DNA of 37,257 nucleotides from Conidiobolus incongruus B7586 (Eukaryota): NCBI GenBank assembly GCA_000697335.1, contig JNEM01008356.1, positions 1 to 37,257 of the forward strand, read 5' to 3'. Shown piece by piece: positions 1 to 11,763 of this stretch (position 1 is its first letter; each line of letters starts with the position of its first letter). The notes under the pieces were generated by a model. It saw only the letters and a program-made list of their open reading frames with translations, ran no database searches and was not told where the DNA came from. The position numbers and the translations under genes were made by a program.

Positions 1-814
1 CAAAATTATATAATATATATATAAAATCATAAATTAAAAAATTACCCATTTTTTTAATCCTATAATTATATATAAAAATATAATAATAAAAGACTAGGTC
101 TTAATATTCTTGTATATAGTATTATATTATTTATTATATTTTAAATTTATTAATTAATTTATAATCTTAAAATTAATCATATAAATAATATTATTTAACT
201 AATAGACTTAGCTCCCAATTTTTCCTTTTGATTTTAATTATTTTAATTTTTTTTATTATTTTAAAGATTAAAATCATACCTATCATTACCATATTATAAT
301 AAAATTATCTAATAAAAAATCTAATATATTTATATTAATACATTTGTTTATGAATCTTAAATAAACTTTGATTATTGGTATATTAAATTGCCATATGGAC
401 ATTAAGTCTTCCTTTGCACTATATAGGTTTTATCACCATTATGCTTATAAAAATACAACTGTGCTTAACCAAGGCATTTAAATTTAGAAAATATATTACT
501 ACCAATTTTAACAATAAATTATTTCAATAAATAACTATTTATAAACACTCATAGAGTTAATTTCTAAGTGAATATATCTAAATATGGAAAATTTCTCTTT
601 ATTATAATTATAACTGTAAAATTAAATACAGGTTTATGGTTTTATATTAACTCTCAATGATTCAAAATTGCTCAAACAACTTATCAATGGAATTTAATGA
701 CAATCTTATTCAATTTCCAATTTCAAAACTGAGTTCAAATCAATTTTACCGGTTAGAAAGAGAATCATACAAATTTCAGGTTTGAAATTTGTATTGATTT
801 AGCATCAATCTCAC

Positions 815-822
815 TATAAATA
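815..822 (+). promoter_or_regulatory. Putative TATA box of the 888-1160 gene
   Basis: TATAAATA about 65 nt upstream of the ATG at 888. The motif is common in AT-rich DNA, so support is positional only. Confidence 0.45.
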
Positions 823-887
823 TTGTTTGATATGTTGTATATTTCAATATCAAGTTTTTTACTTATATCTTAATCAACTGTGTTAAA

Positions 888-1160
888 ATGGCTGCTTTTA
901 ACAAATCTATCATTGCTCTCTGTACGCTCTTAGTCACTATTACTCAAGCTGCTCCCGCTGCGCCTAATGCTATTGGTAACGAATTAGCTCTTATCAATCT
1001 TGCTTCACAGCAAAATGGTTTGAATAATGGCAACACTGGAACAACTGCCAGTCATGGCAGTAACAACGGAAACTCTGCCCAAATCGCTGTCAATGATTCT
1101 CAAAATATTAATGTTGGCAAGGATATCAAAGCTTTAACAGATCCTTTGATCAGCGCTTAA
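888..1160 (+). CDS. Small secreted Asn/Gly/Gln-rich protein, 90 aa, no recognisable domain
   Basis: Intronless ORF that is GC-richer than its flanks, with AAAATG start context. Signal peptide MAAFNKSIIALCTLLVTITQA followed by AP. Confidence 0.8.
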   Translation: MAAFNKSIIALCTLLVTITQAAPAAPNAIGNELALINLASQQNGLNNGNTGTTASHGSNNGNSAQIAVNDSQNINVGKDIKALTDPLISA

Positions 1161-2396
1161 TCTTGGATTGAACTTAGTGATAATTAAGAATTCCTTGAAT
1201 TATAGATTAAAATAAATATTTTGGGTTTAAATAGAGCTTCTATTTTCAAATTATTACCATAATTACACTAAATTATATTGTCATAAAATAATACATATCA
1301 TTGACTTTTTTAGTATTGATTTTCAAAAGTATAACTTTATTTCAATATATCTTGCATTTATGAATTTTTTTATTTAAAATTATTTATTTAACTCTTTGCT
1401 CCAAACAAGATTTGGAAAAAAAATTAAATGTGGAATATCGATCAATCAGTCGGAAAATATGAAAATCATGGAATAAAGAAATAATCAACTTTTAAAATTA
1501 AATTGTATAAATTAGAAAAAATGTCTTAATTTGATGTAGCACATATATTAATTGACATTCATTATAACTACATCATGAACTAATTAATTGTATATTATAT
1601 TAAAATTTTCAACTGTTTTTATATTGGAATTATAATTATTTTCAATGAAAGCTTGGATCAAATTTAATAAAATGAAAAAATAATAGATTTCTTTTCGTAA
1701 TCTGTGCCAGCAAGAAAAAGAAAACTTAATAAATAACTGATATGATTTATTATTAATTTGAAATATGTCAAATTATAAAAAGAATGCATGTCTGTATACC
1801 TGAGTTAATAATTAATTGAAATCATGAATAATATTCTTCAATTGGATATAACTAAACCATCTTGTTCCCCAAAATGCACCGGATTTTAGAGTTGAATTAG
1901 AGTATATTTTTCAAATTCCTTGGTATTTAATTCACCACCCAGTGTCAATATTAATCATTTTTGGAATTAATCTTTATCAAATAATATGAGTGCTACTACT
2001 ATTTTATCAATCAAATTTCATGATTTAATAACTTATCAATAAATTGAATTTTAACCAAGTCTATATTTGCTAATAACGATAGTCAGTCATAACGGTCTAA
2101 ATAATATAGCTTCATGCTTTAAAATGAAATATGAAATTAATTTTGTAATTGAGTAAAATTATTTAATGCAGAATACTGATACCTTGAAGATAAATCATTA
2201 AATCATAGACAATATAACTGGCAAATCCGGTACATTTTAAGTGATAGGTCGATTAAAATATAATTTTTCTTGAATCCAAATTTAAAAACTAAATAGCCAA
2301 AAATATGAAACAATATAAAACTGGTTTTATAAATAAATTCATATACTTCCAATGCGATTATATTTTGATTCTTAATTCATAAAAATAATCGTTACC

Positions 2397-2543
2397 ATGG
2401 ACACCTTGGCCAAGTTAGTCCTTTCCTTTTATTTTTTCTTAATTACACTATGTTTTGTAGATTGCTTCGCTCCATTCGCTTCCTTTAGGGGAGTTAGTAG
2501 AAATAGAAAAGGAATCGAAGAGTTACCTACTACCAGTAATTAA
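2397..2543 (+). CDS. Possible 48-aa secreted micro-protein MDTLAKLVLSFYFFLITLCFVDCFAPFASFRGVSRNRKGIEELPTTSN
   Basis: Hand translation of a GC-richer island with ACCATGG context, a hydrophobic N-terminus and TATAAATA at 2328-2335. Caveat: 2414-2460 (GTTAGT...TGTAG) also looks like an intron. Confidence 0.35.
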   Translation: MDTLAKLVLSFYFFLITLCFVDCFAPFASFRGVSRNRKGIEELPTTSN

Positions 2544-2749
2544 GGTGTAAACAAGGCTGATCAAGTATAATGCTTTTTAATTCACTATGGGATATTTTTA
2601 TTCTTACTTTTAAGCGCTATAAATGTACTGTGAATTTAAAGTTAATATTCAAAAACATAAATATGAATTTCAATAAAATACTTAAAAATATAAAATTAAA
2701 ATACAATTTATCTCAAATTTTCAAATATAAAAATATTTTTATTTATAAA

Positions 2750-3082
2750 TTAAAGAGGTCTACTAGTACCACAATATGGACAAAATCTGAAATCTTCTTT
2801 CACAAATAATTCACCACATTGACTACATCTTTTTCGATCCAATACCTTCCACTGATCTTCTGTTAACTTTAAACTATTGCCCTCCCATTGACATTCAAAA
2901 CATAGATAGAACGGTGTTGTATTGGATGAAGTCCAATAATAAAGAGTAAATATGTAGAATAGTATAATACATGGATCATCCCTCACTATTTTAACTGATG
3001 TAGGATTAAAACAATTAGGACATTTATATGGTAATGGTGATATAATTCGTAATCTATTCGTTAACTCAACTAAAAATATCAT
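2750..3082 (-). CDS. Double zinc-ribbon protein (zinc_ribbon_15-like), 110 aa
   Basis: Four CxxC pairs: CPNC, CFEC, CSQC, and C-terminal FRFCPYCG. A hydrophobic LFYIFTLYYW segment lies between the first two, matching my recollection of the zinc-ribbon-15 architecture. Confidence 0.75.
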   Translation of the reverse strand: MIFLVELTNRLRIISPLPYKCPNCFNPTSVKIVRDDPCIILFYIFTLYYWTSSNTTPFYLCFECQWEGNSLKLTEDQWKVLDRKRCSQCGELFVKEDFRFCPYCGTSRPL

Positions 3083-3416
3083 TATATCATTTTTATATAA
3101 TATATAATGAAATGGTATGTTAAATTACCTGGATATAGAGTCATCAAATAATGATAATGTTTGATTTTAATACAGAATATGTAATCAAAAATATATATAT
3201 ATTAATTAATTATATGAAAAATTTTCTCCAAAATTATTTATTATTTTAAATTTAAATTTTTATATAAATTACACGTCCCAATTTTTTTGTATTTAAAGAT
3301 AAATTCAAATTTATCAAGTTTTATTATGGGAATTTTAATATTGTTAATGAATGAAAAAATAACCTGACTACTATTTTTTACTAACCCAATCAGTTTATTC
3401 CATTTTAAAAAAAATC

Positions 3417-3455
3417 AACTATAATAACTATATTAACTATATTAACTATATTAAC
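3417..3455 (+). repeat. Tandem 9-bp repeat (AACTATATT) x about 4
   Basis: AACTATAAT AACTATATT AACTATATT AACTATATT AAC, immediately upstream of the SFT2 ATG. Confidence 0.7.
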
Positions 3456-3502
3456 CTAATTCACTATCCAATTCAACATTATATTCTTTAATCCAACAAA
3501 TA

Positions 3503-4406
3503 ATGTCATCTTCAGAAAGTCAATTCAAAAACCTATTCAATAATTCAGGACTCAGAAACAATAACACTGGTGGCAATAATTCAAGTTCAACTTTTTCCAA
3601 TTGGTCCAGCAGATTTACAAACTCTACTTCCACTTTCTTTAGTAATGTATCTAATTCCGCTCAGGGTTATATGCCCGTCAATAACCCTTTTAATGGTCAG
3701 TCCCCTCAAGAACCAAGTTGGTATAGTTTAACCCTTTGGCAGGTAAATTTTAAATTATTTTTTATTAAAATAATATTAATAATTATTTAGAGATGGACAG
3801 GTTTTGCAATGTGTGTATTAGCTGGTGCTCTACTATTTTTTGTGGTAATTCAAATTTAATTTATTGTAATATACGAGTAAATAATATTAATTATTTAACA
3901 TTTAATAGGCTTTTATAAGTTTGCCAATATTAATTGTTAAACCAAGGAAATTTGCTTTAAGTTTTAGTTTTGGTAGTTTATTCTTATTTATGAGGTAATA
4001 ATTATATACTAATTAAAATTATTATCATATTAATTTATTATTTAGTATTGGATTTTTAAGAGGACCTGTAACACATTTCAGATCCATATTTAATACTAAG
4101 CAGCTACCATTTTCAATAACTTATTTTGGTTCTCTATTTTTAACTCTGTTCTTTGCATTGGGTGTAATAATATTTTTTATGATTAATATTGTAATATATC
4201 TAATTAACTTATATTTTTAGGCTAAAAGTTTTATTTTTACTATTATATTTTTAGTTATCCAAATTATTGCTCTCGTTTGGTAAGTTAATTTATTACTGAG
4301 TTTTATTAATCATTTAATAATAAATAATCTTAGGTATTTCATGTCTTTTATGCCTGGAGGCTCTAGATTGATGGCTAGAACTGCTACAAGTTTCCTTCCT
4401 ATATAA
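3503..4406 (+). CDS. SFT2: Got1/Sft2-family vesicle transport tetraspan protein; exons 3503-3742, 3791-3844, 3909-3994, 4046-4163, 4221-4279, 4334-4406
   Basis: Five GT-AG introns restore the frame. The spliced protein reads SLTLWQRWTGFAMC...KPRKFALSFSFGSLF...FLRGP...LPFSITYFGSLFLTLFFAL...QIIALVWYFMSFMPGG, which carries the typical Sft2 motifs. Confidence 0.9.
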
Positions 4407-4707
4407 TTTAATTTAATTTAATTCATATTTTTTATTAATCAAATATTGCCCATATCTATATAAATATTAATTTGTCAATAGAATTTAAACTATAATAAAA
4501 TTGATAATGAATAATATTTTAATTATTTACACTGTTTATCAACTTGAATATTTTAAATTAACGGATCTTTAAATGTTCCAAATTTTGATTATTTCTCAAT
4601 TAAATGATGCATCTTATCCCATAAATATTTGAATAAGTATTGAATATATAATCTACTTGATCAGGTACTTTGGTGAATTAGAAAATATATTAATTGTATA
4701 ATTAAGA

Positions 4708-5173
4708 ATGGCAAGTGAAGAAGAAATACGTAAAATCGAAAAACAAGTTTTAGAAGAATATAAAGATATTGAATTCAAAGTTAGAGAAAGAGTTCCTGAA
4801 TATGACAGAACTTACTTGAATTGTCAACATTTAATTGGTAATTATTGTTATTATATTGACTACAAATATATTTTTAACTTATTTTTACACAGAAAAACTT
4901 GAAAAATGTTATAGCGATCAAAGTTTAATGAGAACCCATTTACCTTGTGTTCAAGAAGAGAGAGCTGTTCAAACTTGTACCAATCAAGCAACCTGTCCTC
5001 AAGAGTTTTTAGCTCTCCAAGAATGTATGAATCATGATAGGAGAAAATGCTACCCATTAACTGTTAATTTAAAAACTTGTTTAACTAAAGTAGCCACCAA
5101 GGTTAAGGAAGTAACTAAAGAAGAATTAAAACTACTTAGAGAAAGAGAAGCTGCAGAAGCCAAGTTAAAATAA
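4708..5173 (+). CDS. Quadruple CX9C (double CHCH) protein, probable mitochondrial intermembrane-space Mia40 substrate; exons 4708-4837, 4893-5173
   Basis: Intron 4838-4892 (GTAATT...ACAG) joins two track ORFs, giving CQHLIEKLEKC, CVQEERAVQTC, CPQEFLALQEC and CYPLTVNLKTC, each exactly CX9C. Confidence 0.8.
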
Positions 5174-5460
5174 GTATAAATTAACATCAATTCAATATAT
5201 CATATTAAAAATATCTGCTTTTACTTTCATTATATATTTGATATTTTTTATAATTATTGTTTGAACTTATTATAATAATATAACTAATACATTTTTAATT
5301 TTGGACACAAAATTTCAAATTAATCTATTCAAAAATTGTAGTTAAATTATTTACAAACTAATATTGAAAAATTGAAATAATTAAATATAAATTTCAAGTT
5401 TAATAAAATTAATAAAATTTTTACATGATAATAAAAGTTAACTAGATAGTGAACATAAAA

Positions 5461-6417
5461 TTAAACCAAATCAAATTTGGCATTATCAGCAGATGAAGGA
5501 AGACGGATAACGTTATCTTGAGATGGAGCAGGGTTGGAAATAGTTCTAGATGGAGCGGGAGCGGGAGCTGGAGCAAAAACTGGAGCAGGATTATTGGTGT
5601 CATATTGCTTGGGTTTAGGAACAATAACTGTACAGAGAGAGTTTTTGACAATATAATCTTCTAAAGTACCGAATACAGTTTTACTAATTAAACCAGGGTG
5701 AGAAGGAGGAACAACAATTAAATCAGCCATAAAGTTCTCAGCTTGTTGCAATATTAAATTCTTAGGATCTCCATTTAGACTTTGTAATTTTTGACAAGGA
5801 ATCTATTAAATTGGAATAACATTAATACATATAAAAAATATATATTAATACAAATAATATTTACATTGATAGCAGATAATTTGATTTTAATAGCTTCTAA
5901 CTCTTTTTCAACAAAAGTTTCTTTCTAAATAGCATATAATTAATAAACTATGTTGACATTAAATCAAAATTCTGCTATACCTTCATCTTGTCCCTTTCAG
6001 AATCTTCAACTTCGTAATCATCTGTAAATATAAAATGAATAAATAATTTGTAAAAGAATAAAATATCAGTAATAGTCTACCTGTAGCAGCACTCCAGAAT
6101 AATGAAGTATCCATAAATTTATTTCCATTAGGATCAATGGCGAACAAACAAACAAAATCTTGTCCTGGACGGAAAAGATTGGCCTCGCACCTGAATAATA
6201 AAATTTTTTAAAAAAGGTAAATTAATAACTTGAATAAAGTATTACCATTCAAAAGATTCTCTAGAATCTTTGGGTTCTTGATAAACAAATAAAATTTTTC
6301 TCTTTTTGCTCAAAGGCAAAGCGGGAGGGAAAGTAGCAGAATCAGGGCCTTTAAACAATATGAATTATAATTATTCAGAAATTATTTTATTTTGTATTTA
6401 CTGTTGGGATTTGACAT
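5461..6417 (-). CDS. Universal stress protein (USP/UspA domain) with Pro/Ala-rich tail; exons 6417-6402, 6348-6246, 6190-6081, 6021-5981, 5924-5865, 5802-5461
   Basis: Five GT-AG introns in consistent phase. RKILFVYQEPKDSRESFEWCEANLFRPGQDFVCLF...GDPKNLILQQAENFMADLIVV...FGTLEDYIVKNSLCTVIVPK follows the USP fold pattern. Confidence 0.85.
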
Positions 6418-8842
6418 GTTCCTTAATTATCTCTGACTTTTGTATATAATACAAGTAAATTATTGTAATATTTTTAATTTAAAGAAGTGACGTTATGAAA
6501 AAATTACCTTTTTCTTTTATTAATTCTTATTTGGTAAAAAATTTTATTAATATTAAATAAATTTTTTAAGGGGATTAATAGATTTCTTATCCATTTATTG
6601 GTCATACAATCTACCATTTAAATCATATTAACAGTTATTTTCATATTTCGAATAAACTTTTTATTAATATAAGGAATATTCTGTCTTCTAACTGCTTTAA
6701 CATTTAGTTAAAATCAAACACTTTTAATACTAAAAATTTTCAATTATTTTTGTGATAAATAATTATGACAAAAACTTCAACCCTTTTAAATCATATTGAG
6801 TCAAATTTCATAAAAAAATTTGATTGTAATAATTTGGATTTATACAGTGTAAATAATGTTCAATATTATCATATAAACTAAATAATATTCTGCTATTTTA
6901 TTTTTATAATTTGGTAAGTCAGAGAGAATTGATAATTGTTATATTTGAAATTTGTGAAAATTATCTCATAATTATATATCAAAATATACTTGTTTGGATA
7001 TTTGGTTCTCTCCAATGTTATCAATCAAATAGATTAAACGATTATATCAATGAATTTTGAATTTAAAACGTGTAGTGGCAAGTCCTTGGTGATTTAATTT
7101 AGAATCGTTTTATTAATTTTATTGAGTTATTTTCTTGCAATAGTTGTGAAATTGCAACCCTTCGAATATACTAATCTTTCCAATTCGATTATTAAATTAA
7201 TCTATTACCTTGAGATTTTATAATATCAATCCATTTCATAGGTTAATTTTCAAGCCCTGATTGTACAATATAGGATATATTAAAAATTTTCATATTCACA
7301 AAGTAATCTATTGAACCAATATCGAATGTCTGCCCAGTTTTGTAAACGTCGAATATTACATAATTTTCCTTGTAAGAAGATTTTTACAGAAACTATATAC
7401 TATCATTATATAACAATATTATTAATTATATTACGTTAATTAATTAATGGTATTTTGAATCATCTAATGCTAAAATCAAATCTTAAAACAATAAGTTAAT
7501 TTTGGTTGATAATGAGTAGTAAATAACTTGAATTTCTTATAATTTCTAATTTTGAGAATTATTTAGATTGAAATATTGATCTGCTATTGGTAATATTGAG
7601 AGTCAAATTTTAATACTGAAAATATATAAAAATTGCTAGTATAAATGAAGATTTATATTATAATAAATATCAAAATTATTTTAATTAAATTATAATATTT
7701 TGATTGAGCATATTTCAGATTATAGGTAAAATATATTCTGAAATTTTTGATAAATGAAGAATTTACATAATAAGCATATTAATATCTGTTGAAATAATTT
7801 TTGTATGGATTTAATATAAAATTTAGGTTTCATATTTTGTTAATAATATATATATATAGTTTTTACTTATTTTGAAATTAATAACCAAATTGCTAACTTT
7901 TTAGATTTTATAAAATATTATATTTTCATTAAATATAATATAAAACAAGAAAAATTTAATGAATAGTAATAAAAATTTTGACTTTTTCATTAATTATAAG
8001 CAATATAGCATCCTAAAAATACCTACCTGTTAAATATATTTGCCATAAATTTATATATGAATAGAAAATATTTATATTTGCTATAAGTCATGGATTTTTT
8101 AAACAAATATTATTAAAATTTAAAAAATCAATCATAAGTAAATATCAAATTAATATAAATAAATCTATATATTGAAATATTATTTCAATTTCAAATTTTA
8201 TCAAATTCAAAGATAAATATAATAATAAATAATGATTATGTACATAATCATTACATTTTTAATTAATTGATACTAAATCTATTAAGTTTGGAGAAGGATC
8301 ATGAATAAATTTAAATGACTTACTCATAATTTTAAAAAGATCATATATATATATTATTAGGCCTAAAATTTGAAATAATATAGTATAAATTCATTTAATA
8401 CAATATGAATTTTTGAATTTTATTTAATCTATTTTAATTATTAACTAAATTAGTCATAAAAAATTTATATTCAAATTACTGAATATTAAAAAAATTAATT
8501 ATCGCTTTTTGTAGCATGTAATTGATATGAATATAAAAATATTCAAAGATATTATTATATTGAATTAAAATAATATACTAATAAATCGGTGTTAAAGTAT
8601 ATGCATCATATTTGAATTAATCATTCTGAGATAAAAGTTGTTGTCCAAATATATAATGATATATTGATTAAAATTTATGAGCCAATTTGATAATAAATCA
8701 GAACATTGAATATTTGAAGATATGTCAAATAAGCTTAAATTCCGCTTGAATATAGTAATATATTAAAAAATTAGGATTTTATAAAAAAGAAACGTCAATA
8801 ATTATTGATATTATAATGAATTCATTGATTTATTAAATATTA

Positions 8843-9109
8843 TTATTGTAAATCTCCCAAACACCATGGTCTAGTTTCTTCCCAGAAGGGACGGTGGCCA
8901 TCAGTACAATCGCGGATATTATGGTAGTTTAACCAGTAGGAGAGACTATTGAAAGCATTGCTCTGACCATTAACACCATTAAAAGGATTGACGGGGAATC
9001 CAAACCCAGCTTGACGTCTTTGCAATTCAACTCTTGCAAGATCCTCAGCTTCGGTAGATGGAACAGCGCTTAAAATAGACAAAAAAGAAGCAACAATTAA
9101 AAATTTCAT
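8843..9109 (-). CDS. Small secreted prepro-protein, 88 aa: signal peptide, acidic propeptide, dibasic RR site, two-Cys mature region
   Basis: MKFLIVASFLSILSA-VPSTEAEDLARVELQRR-QAGFGF...CTDGHRPFWEETRPWCLGDLQ in a GC-richer island with TATATATA near 9162-9169. The in-frame ATG at 9139 is probably too close to the TATA to be used. Confidence 0.8.
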   Translation of the reverse strand: MKFLIVASFLSILSAVPSTEAEDLARVELQRRQAGFGFPVNPFNGVNGQSNAFNSLSYWLNYHNIRDCTDGHRPFWEETRPWCLGDLQ

Positions 9110-11582
9110 ACTTGATACAAACTGAGTAATTGATATCATTTCATATTATATTCAACAGATATATATATAGGCCATAGAATTAATTGATTTAACATTTTTA
9201 ATTTTATTGCTTTAAGTAATCGACATTTAATAATTTGTCTATATATTTTATTCAAGTAATTGCATAAAATGAAAGCTAAAATGTTTGTCTATCACAGTAG
9301 GTTTCACACTTCAACCTCTTGATTTAATTGAATTTTCAGATCATTTTTTAAAAAATTTATGGATAATCAAAATCTTTAATAGAAAAATTTTTATTTTTAT
9401 AGGTTATAAGATGGTCAATAAATTTTAATTTGTAAATCTTATTAATGAATATAACGAAAATCAGTACTTGATTTGAAAATTTATATTTTTACTATTATTA
9501 ATTTGCTTAAAATACATTGGAAGATAAACTGATTGACCAATAAATAAAATATGAAAGGAAGAGTGAGATCAAAGAATTATTCGTATAATACCTCAAATAA
9601 TAACTTATAAGCTTGATATCATTTTGATCCAGATGATAATGATTGAGAGTGAAAAATAATAGCTCTCTATTATATCACTATTATTATTTTGCAATATGAA
9701 TTTTGAAATGTATTAATCATTATGGAAATGATATATATTTACAATTATTCGATTAAAAATATCTTAAAATATATTATTTTCAATCCATATTCTTAATATA
9801 AATTCATTTATTTTGATAAATCAATTTTCAAATACTATATTTATACTTTTAGTGTGATTAAAACAAGTATTTCAAAATAAATTTTTCAAAATCCCTTTCT
9901 ATAACTAAAAGATATTAATATGAGTACACTTAATAGTAGCATTATTTTTTTTGAAATAATAATGAGACTTAATATACAATCTTCTCATTAGCCATTTTTC
10001 ATTTAAAAATTGTATATTTGAATTTGAACCATAGATAATAAATTATTTATTCGAATGAAATAGAGTATCATACAATATAAAATATATTATAGAATTTTTT
10101 ATTAATATAAAATAAAATCTTAGATCAATTTTTATTTTTATTTTACAATCAAGACACTTTTAAATATTTGATAAATATTCATTTTTAGTATAAAATACTA
10201 AATATGGTATTGTAACTTGATCTCTTTATTCAATGTGATTAGAAAAGTAAATGATCATCTATTATCAAAAATTTATAAATTATAAAAATTCACTATTATA
10301 TTATATAATAAAGTAAAAATTAATTTGAAATTTTTTGAAAAATAAAAATAACAACTGTTAAACTACAAACTTGAATTTATTATTTACATAATATTAAAAT
10401 TTGTTGTATTTTAATATTTGAAAAGGGTATATTAAACAGACTAACTATTTATGATAGGAGGTATTCTTTTTCAAGTTATATCCTATCATTTTTTAATATT
10501 TTAATTTTGAAATCTGGAGTAAAATTATAAATAACAACCTTTTTTTAATTTAACCATTCAAGTATTGTTGATGATCTTACAACGAATATGAAATTTCATT
10601 AAATAATGAAGATCTTTCAATTAATTTTAATCATTAAGTTAAAATATTTTTGATATATTACTCTACTAATATATAAAATATAGTCAATAATAAAATAATA
10701 TAATTTCGGTTTGATTATGTCAATAAAATGGCAATATTCCACGTGGCATGATAAATTTAATATTTGAATACTATATTTTAAATAATTTTTAGTAAGATAA
10801 TTTATACTTAAATTAATTTAATGCAAGTTTAAAATGGTGACACTAATAAAATACCAGAATAAATCGAATTACTTAGACAAATGATTGATAAATTTAAGGA
10901 TTAAATTGTTTGACTTGGTTAGCTATAAAACGTACCAAGAAATTGTTTAATAAGAGATATAATATGACATGATTTGGAATATTTAATTTCCAAATTTATT
11001 ATAAAAATCTTTAAACAGTATCATTGTTGATGATCATGCATTCAAGAAAATGAATTTTGATCATATATTACCATTGTTATATTCAAGCTATAATGAAAAT
11101 CTTTATGATCATTATAATTATATTATTGGGGTAATTTAATTTATATTTTAAGATTTAAAATTTTATTATTGAATCTCGTATGATGATTTAACATTATAGA
11201 AAAAGTGAGCTAATACTAAGAACATTCAAATTTAAAACTTGGCCAAGTATCAAAAACAACCTTGAACTTACACAATGATATGATGAATTTTAATAAACAT
11301 CACATCATTCAACTATGATAAAATCGTACTATTGAATATTTTAATTAATATATAATTTTTAATTAATAAAATTGAATTTGTTAAGTTTATTAAATAGAAA
11401 CAAATTCAAATTGATTATTCATTAATCTCAAAATAATTCATAAAAACGTTCGTTAATAATTAGAAAGGAAAGGTAGGATAACTTTGAAGTAGCAGGTACA
11501 CCAAAGGAGATAGGTAGAAAGGGAAAAGGTAGAAGGTAACTCGACTAAATGGAATTGAAATGACAATGAGAATATATTGCAT

Positions 11583-11693
11583 TTAAGGATATCTTCTAGC
11601 GACACCCGCATCGGGAGCGGGAGCTGCCAAGATCATGGTGAGGAAGAGGGCAAGAGCCATGAGGAATTTAACGATCAATTTAGCAGAGGACAT
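11583..11693 (-). CDS. 36-aa secreted micro-peptide precursor MSSAKLIVKFLMALALFLTMILAAPAPDAGVARRYP (not in ORF track)
   Basis: Sharp GC-rich island with TTCAAAATG start context and C/T-ending codons like NDUFS3 here. Clear n/h/c signal peptide and TATAAATA 70 nt upstream. Confidence 0.75.
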   Translation of the reverse strand: MSSAKLIVKFLMALALFLTMILAAPAPDAGVARRYP

Positions 11694-11763
11694 TTTGAAA
11701 TTGTCAATGAAAAATTAATACAAAAATGAATAATATTGAAGTTGATTACATGCACTCAAGGGC

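Noticed and set aside
2570..2809. 79-aa plus-strand ORF
   Set aside because: K/I/N/F-rich translation of AT-rich DNA that overlaps the zinc-ribbon gene antisense, with no coding signal.
3674..3700. SFT2 segment PVNNPFNGQS resembles PVNPFNGVNGQS in the 88-aa secreted protein (8963-8995), also at DNA level
   Set aside because: Under 30 nt, gapped and of low complexity, so chance is the simplest explanation.
7060..7380. Slightly GC-richer patch with short minus-strand open frames
   Set aside because: Interrupted by stops, and I could not recognise any motif.
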